Made by a program: the position numbers and the translations under genes
In this document: positions 57,423-64,000 of the stretch, one piece after another
How positions within the stretch are numbered: position 1 is the stretch's first letter
Layout: each line of letters opens with the position of its first letter
NCBI GenBank assembly: GCA_965658655.1
Contig: CBFHTA010000002.1
Coordinates: 96,001 to 160,000, forward strand
Direction: 5' to 3'
Origin: Candidatus Babelota bacterium
GTDB taxonomy: Bacteria; Babelota; Babeliae; Babelales; CAIQNR01
Length of the DNA: 64,000 nucleotides
Notes under the pieces: generated by a model
Seen by the model: the letters and a program-made list of their open reading frames with translations, nothing else
Databases searched by the model: none
What the model was told of the DNA's origin: nothing

Positions 57423-58562
57423 TTAAAATTTCCACCATTTTCTTTTCTTGTACGTTTCCGCTAAATCGTTCATATTATCATCAAATTCCTGTGCACTGTT
57501 TTGCATTCTCTCTGAAGTTTCTGCCCCCTGTTGTACTCGCTCTGTTCTTTTAGCCATACCTGCATCAAGAGCTGTACCTTGCCCTTGTTGCATCCGGGCA
57601 GCACGTCTTGCTTTTGCTGTATCAAGCGCTGCTCTCATTTCAGGAGTATAACGACCTCTTATTGGCTGACTTTCCAAATTATAACGGTTAATTCTGCCTT
57701 CATTATTCCCTATGTTTTGACCCCTTTGGTTAAGGTCTGAACCTGAAAATCCTTCACTGTTTCTGGATATTCTCGGGTTAAATTGATCTGCTTCATCTTG
57801 GATATCTTTAGCACTTTTCGCTTTTTCGGTTGGTTCCTCTGTTCTTCCAAATAAGAACCAACTTCTTTTTTTTCTCTCTCTAATTTGACTAGTACGCTTT
57901 CTTAACTCATTATTAACTCTATCTATATTTTTTAAATAAAGATCCATTTCAGATGATCTAGATGTACCACCTTCATATCCTTTATTAAAGTCATCTTCCA
58001 GAGCTTTTCTTTTATCGTTCAAAGCGTTCATTTCATCAAACGCTGAATCACTTCTTCCACCCCACCAAGATCTCTTATACTTACCTTTAAAACTAACTGC
58101 ACCATTTTCGTCGATATTTGCAGTAAGATTTAATCCACGATTTGCAGTTCTAGCTATATTTGCTTCTGACTGTTCTGCTGAGGGTGCATTGGATTGATTA
58201 ACGGTTGAATCCATATCTTGGCCAACAATCTCTGCAGGAACATTTTGTGAACCTCTTTCAGGCACATTACTACTTCGGCTAAACCATCCACTTTTTTTTT
58301 CTGTTCGCCTTGTGCTTGTTTCAGTAAAACGACTCATACCATCTGCTAGATTATTTGCCTTTTCCATCAAGCCGTCTGAACTTGGCTGGCTCTCTTGAAA
58401 TCGTTCGATTCGATTTCTAAAGTCGTCTACAGGCGGTGCTTCATTATCACCACTCATACCTAAACCCATACTATCCGGCTCAGTAGGCGGTTCAAAACCA
58501 TCCATTGCGCATAGTGAATTTGCTGAAATAAACAATAGTAAAAATAAGCTTATTTTTTTCAT
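57423..58562 (-). CDS. Secreted family member 1 with C-terminal tomosyn-like R-SNARE motif
   Basis: Signal peptide ending LCA-MDG; C-terminus KRTERV...SERMQNSAQEFDDNMNDLAETYKKRKWWKF. Confidence 0.8.
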   Translation of the reverse strand: MKKISLFLLLFISANSLCAMDGFEPPTEPDSMGLGMSGDNEAPPVDDFRNRIERFQESQPSSDGLMEKANNLADGMSRFTETSTRRTEKKSGWFSRSSNVPERGSQNVPAEIVGQDMDSTVNQSNAPSAEQSEANIARTANRGLNLTANIDENGAVSFKGKYKRSWWGGRSDSAFDEMNALNDKRKALEDDFNKGYEGGTSRSSEMDLYLKNIDRVNNELRKRTSQIRERKKRSWFLFGRTEEPTEKAKSAKDIQDEADQFNPRISRNSEGFSGSDLNQRGQNIGNNEGRINRYNLESQPIRGRYTPEMRAALDTAKARRAARMQQGQGTALDAGMAKRTERVQQGAETSERMQNSAQEFDDNMNDLAETYKKRKWWKF

Positions 58563-58696
58563 TTTCTTTCTCCATTTTTTCCAGTCCCTATTGCTTAAGC
58601 TTGAGACTTAAATCTATATGTTAAAAGAATAACAATTTGGGAAGACCAAAGTAAAGAGAAAGCCCTGAAAAGGGCATCCTAAGCTTATTATGAGAA

Positions 58697-59185
58697 TTAA
58701 ACAGTCACCGTATTTTTAACAGTAGAAAAAATTGAGCTTATTTTATTAGACACGTCACTGAGTACCATTTTAGCCTTATTCAAGAAGTAAACGCGTCGTG
58801 TGTGCTTATGTTGCTTGTAGTCTTCAAAAAGACGATAGCGCACTAAAAAAAGACGAGTATCCCTTGACTGAGAGTCAATATCAACCTGTTTATTTTCTGA
58901 AAGAATATTGTAATGTTTTTTGTTTTTAATCTCCAAACTACTCATTCCATCCATCCGTAAACGACGCAATCGTTTTTGTCTACGAGACAAAGAAAGGCGG
59001 CTTTGACGATCTAAAAAATTACTGTAATAAGCCCTAAAACCTTCTTGCTCATTAGAATCTGGGGTCATACGTGTAATAAAATCATCGAGCGATTCTTTAA
59101 AAACATGCGCGCTGGGCACAAAGGCTGTGAGTTGAGAGAGACTGGTAAGTGCCAATACAAGCACAAAAGAGTTATGCTTCTTCAT
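58697..59185 (-). CDS. Secreted basic hypothetical protein
   Basis: AAGGAAAG RBS; signal peptide ending LTA; directly downstream of dnaA. Confidence 0.7.
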   Translation of the reverse strand: MKKHNSFVLVLALTSLSQLTAFVPSAHVFKESLDDFITRMTPDSNEQEGFRAYYSNFLDRQSRLSLSRRQKRLRRLRMDGMSSLEIKNKKHYNILSENKQVDIDSQSRDTRLFLVRYRLFEDYKQHKHTRRVYFLNKAKMVLSDVSNKISSIFSTVKNTVTV

Positions 59186-59211
59186 ACTTCTTTCCTTTCT
59201 TATAAAAGAAG

Positions 59212-60597
59212 TTATCGTAAAATTTCTTCCTCAAGTCTACGAATAGTCGACCGTAAATTGCTATCTTTTTCAGCGTTCTCTTGCACTCTATCAAAAGCAT
59301 GGATCACAGTTGAATGGTCTTTACGACCTAAGAATCCACCAATTTCTCGTAACGATCTTTGGGTCATCTTCTTCATTAAATACATAGTCAATTGGCGTGC
59401 AAATGAAAGATCTTTCGCCCTGCTGTTAGAACGTAAATCAGATAAACGATAGGAGTAATGTTTGCAAACGCATGAAGCAATTCGATCAAAATTTATTTTT
59501 TCTTTTTTCTTTGGATCTGGTTCTCTATGCAATACTTTGCGTGCTAATTCAACAGAAAGTGGCTGCTTAGTTAATGAAGAGAAAGCTAACACACGCACCA
59601 ACGAACCTTCTAATTCACGAACATTAGAAACCGCTTTTTGTGCAATAAAATCTGCCACGTCATCTGCCAATTCTTCGTTATGCGTTTGTGCTTTGCGTTT
59701 TAAAATTGCAATTTTTGTTTCTAAGTGTGGCTTGTGAATATCAGCAACCAATCCCCATTCTAAACGAGTACACAAACGTTCCTCGAGACCTTTAATCTCT
59801 CGTGGAAACAGATCACTAGAAAACACAATTTGTTTACGAGACTCATACAACGAATTAAAAATATGGAAAAACGCTTCCTGCGTTTGTTCTTTATTAGAAA
59901 TAAACTGAATATCATCTAACAATAGAATATCGATCATGCGATACCGCTGTTGAAACAAATGAATTTTATTAAATCGAATTGCAGAAATAAATTCATTTAT
60001 GAATCGATCAGTTGTTTGGTAAAACACCACCGCTTTACTATCTCGCTTTTGAATAGCGTTACCAATAGCATGCAATAAATGTGTTTTGCCCAGCCCTGAA
60101 CCACCATAAAGAAAAAAGGGATTGTATTGATCACCAGGATTCTCCGCAATTGAACGAGCTGCGGCGTAGGCAAGCGAATTACTAGGACCAACTACAAAAG
60201 TTTCGAACGTGTATTGCGGATTAAGATAACCATAATTTTTACGTGTTTTGTGAACAAGCGCATTCTTTACCTTACCAGGAATAGAACCTTTCTTTGGTAG
60301 CGCATAGGCAAGCAAAGAGCTTTTCTTCTGCTCTTGATTCTGTTGTTCTGTAGGGCTCAAAAATGTCACCTTTAACGAATCTACATGTAACAGACGCGCT
60401 AAATGTGTTTGAAACAACGGTTGATACTTACTCGCTATCCATTCTTTTACAAAAGTATTGGGTGCTTGAATAATAATACTTTTTTCTTCAGGACTCCAGT
60501 GTGCAATTTTAACAGCCTTTAACCATGTTTCAACAATACGACTGCCCGCTTCTTGGCGAACAATAGAAAGAAAATTTTGCCAAACATCGGTTAACAC
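59212..60597 (-). CDS. dnaA: Chromosomal replication initiator DnaA
   Basis: YTFETFVVGPSN, YNPFFLYGGSGLGKTHLLHAIGN, LLDDIQF, NVRELEG, GRKDHSTVIHA. Confidence 0.98.
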   Translation of the reverse strand: MLTDVWQNFLSIVRQEAGSRIVETWLKAVKIAHWSPEEKSIIIQAPNTFVKEWIASKYQPLFQTHLARLLHVDSLKVTFLSPTEQQNQEQKKSSLLAYALPKKGSIPGKVKNALVHKTRKNYGYLNPQYTFETFVVGPSNSLAYAAARSIAENPGDQYNPFFLYGGSGLGKTHLLHAIGNAIQKRDSKAVVFYQTTDRFINEFISAIRFNKIHLFQQRYRMIDILLLDDIQFISNKEQTQEAFFHIFNSLYESRKQIVFSSDLFPREIKGLEERLCTRLEWGLVADIHKPHLETKIAILKRKAQTHNEELADDVADFIAQKAVSNVRELEGSLVRVLAFSSLTKQPLSVELARKVLHREPDPKKKEKINFDRIASCVCKHYSYRLSDLRSNSRAKDLSFARQLTMYLMKKMTQRSLREIGGFLGRKDHSTVIHAFDRVQENAEKDSNLRSTIRRLEEEILR

Positions 60598-60689
60598 AGT
60601 GCCCTCATGTACAAATTGAGTAGTAACTTATAAGAAAAGTGTAGCATTATTAAAATAAAATAACACTCAGATTACCGTTATGCAAAGGT

Positions 60690-61310
60690 TTATTGCAAAA
60701 AAGTTCGTATTCCCTTATAAATTCCGTGGGCTAACGCTTTTTGATAGTTATCAGATTGTAACAACTGCCGTTCTTGAGGATGAGACAAAAAGCCAAGTTC
60801 AACCAATATTGCAGGAACTTCTAACCCCATCAACACTTGAGCCGGCTTATATTTTACTTTTCTATCTACCACCTGTTTATTGTACAGGCGTGCTTGGCCC
60901 AACAATTGTCCCTGAACAGACTCTGCAAGTTTTCTACTTTTATAATGTAACGATCTTGTTTTCTCTGTAAGCATCTTATAATCCTTGGCATGCATATTTT
61001 TGAATTCCGACTTAAACAATGAGGGCTGCATACAGAATGTCTCTATGCCGGCCGTCTTTGTACTTTTGTCTGCATTCGCATGAACAGATACAAAAAGATC
61101 TATATGTGGTTGTTTATTTGTATGTGTCGTTCGTGTATCAAGCGCCAAGTATTCATCTTTGTCTCGTGTAAGAAAAACATTATAACCCTGCTGCTCCAGA
61201 ATCTTTGCTGTCTTTAAACCAATTTGTAGATTAATGTCTTTTTCTTTAACGTTACCAATTACATAACCTGGGTCACTGTGCCCATGTCCGCAATCAACTG
61301 CAACATTGAT
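60690..61310 (-). CDS. N-acetylmuramoyl-L-alanine amidase (Amidase_3) catalytic domain; no own start before its first metal ligands, reached by a -1 shift from the upstream ORF
   Basis: Frame extends upstream of 61148 as INVAVDCGHGHSDPG...EKDINL...LTRDKD, then FVSVHAN and PAILVELGFLS. Confidence 0.88.
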   Translation of the reverse strand: MNVAVDCGHGHSDPGYVIGNVKEKDINLQIGLKTAKILEQQGYNVFLTRDKDEYLALDTRTTHTNKQPHIDLFVSVHANADKSTKTAGIETFCMQPSLFKSEFKNMHAKDYKMLTEKTRSLHYKSRKLAESVQGQLLGQARLYNKQVVDRKVKYKPAQVLMGLEVPAILVELGFLSHPQERQLLQSDNYQKALAHGIYKGIRTFLQ

Positions 61311-61879
61311 TTTTTTTTTACCTGGGCCGTTTGCAATACTGGTCGCAATTTATTATTCAAATCCTTCATAGCTCTACGCTTTAAGAATGAGAATGTTAAA
61401 CCATAATCACCGGTAATAGCCTCAAACGATTCTTGTTGGAATCCAATTTCATTAGGACGGAAAACAACACGGCAAGTTAATCCACCTCTCGCATAGTTCG
61501 GCTCAAACTGTACACGATATAAATCATTTTCTGCTGGTGTTGCACCAAGCTGATTTAAAAAGCTTTGCGCCTTTCTTTCTGCAGAGGTAAGTGGCATAAA
61601 AAATTCAAGTTCAACTTGTCCATTTTCATTTACAGGAACCTCTTCACCCTTAAGTCCTGCAGCCGAGGCGGAAGGGACGTATGTACAAATTGGTCGATGT
61701 GAAAAATAGAACACCAACTTATCAGACATCGCCCCTTTGTGGTGATACGCCTTGGTAATTTTTATTTTATTCGTAGCCGATTTTTTAACTGCTATTGCTG
61801 CCGCTTTTCTTTTTAACGATTTCGTTTGCAGTCCAGAAAAACTTAACAACACTAGCATCATCAAAATTCTTATTTTCAT
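61259..61879 (-). CDS. Exported N-terminal (AMIN-like) part of the frameshifted amidase
   Basis: GGAGG RBS, signal peptide MKIRILMMLVLLSFSGLQT; runs through the A10 tract at 61310-61319. Confidence 0.75.
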   Translation of the reverse strand: MKIRILMMLVLLSFSGLQTKSLKRKAAAIAVKKSATNKIKITKAYHHKGAMSDKLVFYFSHRPICTYVPSASAAGLKGEEVPVNENGQVELEFFMPLTSAERKAQSFLNQLGATPAENDLYRVQFEPNYARGGLTCRVVFRPNEIGFQQESFEAITGDYGLTFSFLKRRAMKDLNNKLRPVLQTAQVKKKSMLQLIADMGTVTQVM

Positions 61880-62007
61880 ACTAACCTCCATTTCCAAAAG
61901 TCCATCTTTAATTATAAATATATTTAAATTTGTTTCACATTGTCAATATTGTTTATCTCAAAGTCCCACAAATGCTCCTCCACTAACATTTTTATTTTTT
62001 ATACAAT

Positions 62008-63027
62008 TTAACTGAACAGTTCAGGTTTATACGTTAAGCGGCGAGATCGCTCCCACGCAACAATGAAGTGGTGAAGATCGTAACGTTGATTAACTTCAGA
62101 ATGCGTATCAAAAGCTGGATCGTAACACAGTACTTTCTTATCTTTTGCATCAAAACCAACAACTACAAGAAGGTGCCCTTGTTTATACTCTTTTTTTCCG
62201 CCAGGAATACTTCCACGAATACTTACAGCAACAGGAACATTCTGTTTAAGTAATGCATGCAGATCATGAAAAGAGTTTAAACGTGTAGTATAAAACAAAG
62301 CATGACCATGTCCTTTTTCAAACGCATGCGCCATATTAAGCCCCCAGTTGCCAAAAATATCGAGCCCTTCATCGTATACGTAGTTAGAGAAGAGCAATGG
62401 TTCCATTTTTTTACCGGTTAATGTTTCTACCATCATGCTCACCGATGTTGGAGAGCACAATGCATTTGCACGAGGATGGTCTATCATAATTTGCGATTTC
62501 TTTGGGACATTAGAAACACGACACGAATCAAGGTTTTTACCGCGTCCATTGTAAGGTTCAATTTTAAAACGAGTAAAATCTGCTGCAGCTACCATAACAC
62601 CTTTTAGAGATCCTAATGACACTTTCTTTCCATCACGAGCAACCTTTACTTGAAACGCAGATCCTTTTTTATTGTTCTCCATTTCTAATCGTGCATATTT
62701 AAAGACTGAATGTTTACCGCGACTAAAATGTGATTTCTGTATATTAGAACCCCACTCAACCATTTTGTGCCATTTATCCCACGTACCAGTTTTTTGATCC
62801 TTCACGCGAACAGAGAAGGTAAACGCTCCCCGTTTGGGACGATGTGCATTCCACGAGAAAACAAGCTGAGTAAATGGCATGGCATCATAATGCGATATTT
62901 GTAATTCTTCTTTTCGTTTATTGGCATGCATTTGTTGATCTGAATAAACATGCTTATACGTGCGTGACCACGGTTCTTTTGCCTGTAAACTTACAATACT
63001 CAATAATATTAGAATTGCCTTCTTCAT
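62008..63027 (-). CDS. Secreted C39-like cysteine peptidase
   Basis: SQ...CSPTSVSM, GHLLVVVGFD, YDPA; signal peptide ending LQA. Confidence 0.85.
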   Translation of the reverse strand: MKKAILILLSIVSLQAKEPWSRTYKHVYSDQQMHANKRKEELQISHYDAMPFTQLVFSWNAHRPKRGAFTFSVRVKDQKTGTWDKWHKMVEWGSNIQKSHFSRGKHSVFKYARLEMENNKKGSAFQVKVARDGKKVSLGSLKGVMVAAADFTRFKIEPYNGRGKNLDSCRVSNVPKKSQIMIDHPRANALCSPTSVSMMVETLTGKKMEPLLFSNYVYDEGLDIFGNWGLNMAHAFEKGHGHALFYTTRLNSFHDLHALLKQNVPVAVSIRGSIPGGKKEYKQGHLLVVVGFDAKDKKVLCYDPAFDTHSEVNQRYDLHHFIVAWERSRRLTYKPELFS

Positions 63028-63155
63028 ACTAACCCCCTTTTATAACCCATTTTTAGAACATAATCTTCATTGTACCTTTCTGGAGGAATCATATGCAAGA
63101 CTTTCTTTTCTTCTCCTTATCTGCAAGACTAATTATCTTTACAGAAAGGATAGTA

Positions 63156-64000
63156 ATGAAAAAACTTATACACACGTTATTCTTTGTTGCCCTGTCAGCG
63201 TTTTGCGCTCCTAGCTACAATGGTTTTTGCTGTGTGCCCCTGGCAGATCTTTTAGGCGGACCAATTAATGACTTTTTCTCTACTCTATCAATTGAAAAAG
63301 CATATACGCAGTTACCTTATGGCGAATCACGCGGCACATTAACTTCACCCCGTACTGCCCAATTATTATTTAATCAACCAGTTATCATCAAAGAACAAAG
63401 AGGCAAAGAAGTAAAAATAGAAGTTCCATATCTCACGTATTCACTCGGCAAACATACTCATTTTACCTACTGGACATTAGCAAGTAACATCACAAAACTA
63501 ACAAAAAAAAATAAACCCTATGTTCCATTAAATGGAAACAACACGTTTACACTGAGACATCCAATGACGTTAAAGGGAAAAACATATGCAGCTGGCACCC
63601 AATTTGTAATAGAAAAAAGTAAACAACATAGAACACAAGTCTATGCATATAACCCTACTATTAAAGAGATAATAAAACTTTCTATTAAAAACAACTCACG
63701 CATAACACCACCACAAGATTTTAAAGGCAAGCAAAAATTATTAGTACAACTGTGTAAAGAATGGGCACATCAAAAAGATGGAATCATTCCATATGTATTT
63801 GGAGGAGCAAGCATCGGCACTCCACTAAGACAAGATTCATTCATTAAAACAAAAGTTAACTTCACTAAAGGTAAACAAAGCACTTTCTTTACTCGTAAAG
63901 ATTCAAAAACGCCTCTTTTTGGTATTGATTGTTCACGTATTTTTACACGTGCCGCACACATGGTTAACCTTCCATTACATGCCACCAACACCAAAGAGCT
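63156..64000 (+). CDS. NlpC/P60 (C40) peptidoglycan endopeptidase, YkfC-like, truncated by the window end
   Basis: Not in the ORF track (no stop in window); AAGGA RBS; MKKLIHTLFFVALSAFC...VPLADL...QLLFN...IPYVFGG...GIDCS. Confidence 0.85.
   Translation, partial: MKKLIHTLFFVALSAFCAPSYNGFCCVPLADLLGGPINDFFSTLSIEKAYTQLPYGESRGTLTSPRTAQLLFNQPVIIKEQRGKEVKIEVPYLTYSLGKHTHFTYWTLASNITKLTKKNKPYVPLNGNNTFTLRHPMTLKGKTYAAGTQFVIEKSKQHRTQVYAYNPTIKEIIKLSIKNNSRITPPQDFKGKQKLLVQLCKEWAHQKDGIIPYVFGGASIGTPLRQDSFIKTKVNFTKGKQSTFFTRKDSKTPLFGIDCSRIFTRAAHMVNLPLHATNTKE

Noticed and set aside
60598..60689. oriC upstream of dnaA
   Set aside because: Only ~90 bp with no TTATCCACA-like boxes seen
11..63994. Many 60-170 aa ORFs in the track antisense to or nested in clear genes (e.g. 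601..918, 9608..9943, 32380..32856, 37780..38283, 48880..49329, 59045..59452, 63770..63994)
   Set aside because: Shadow frames of well-supported genes with no recognisable motifs

Overview
AT-rich bacterial chromosome segment. It most resembles a protist-associated intracellular bacterium of Candidatus Dependentiae (TM6/Babelota). That placement is an inference from gene content and protein style, not from a marker search. Housekeeping genes include infC-rpmI-rplT, zapB-zapA-rny-ymdB, proS, xerD, dnaN-recF, ruvC, dnaB-rplI, ileS, murD-ftsW, pepA, rpiB, pgk and dnaA. They are mixed with an EamA transporter array and many orphan proteins carrying signal peptides. A dif site (20320-20347) lies where gene orientation converges and GC skew appears to flip, so the window looks like the replication terminus even though it holds dnaA and dnaN-recF. 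The strongest novel signal is a candidate host-directed effector class: Sec signal peptides predicted to be cut just before Met-Asp, on proteins with eukaryote-type motifs. These motifs are a tomosyn-like R-SNARE C-terminus, a CaaX prenylation box and PxxPxR SH3-ligand motifs on a 2597-aa protein. Three of these genes form a tandem family with a conserved N-terminus and variable C-terminus. Other observations: an FtsH-like AAA ATPase lacking HEXXH; a secreted kinase-like protein; a speD/speE pair with added targeting sequences; an amidase split by a -1 frameshift at an A10 run; two candidate small RNAs; and several small ORFs missing from the supplied ORF track. I saw no rRNA, tRNA, CRISPR array or transposase. 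All family assignments come from reading motifs by eye.
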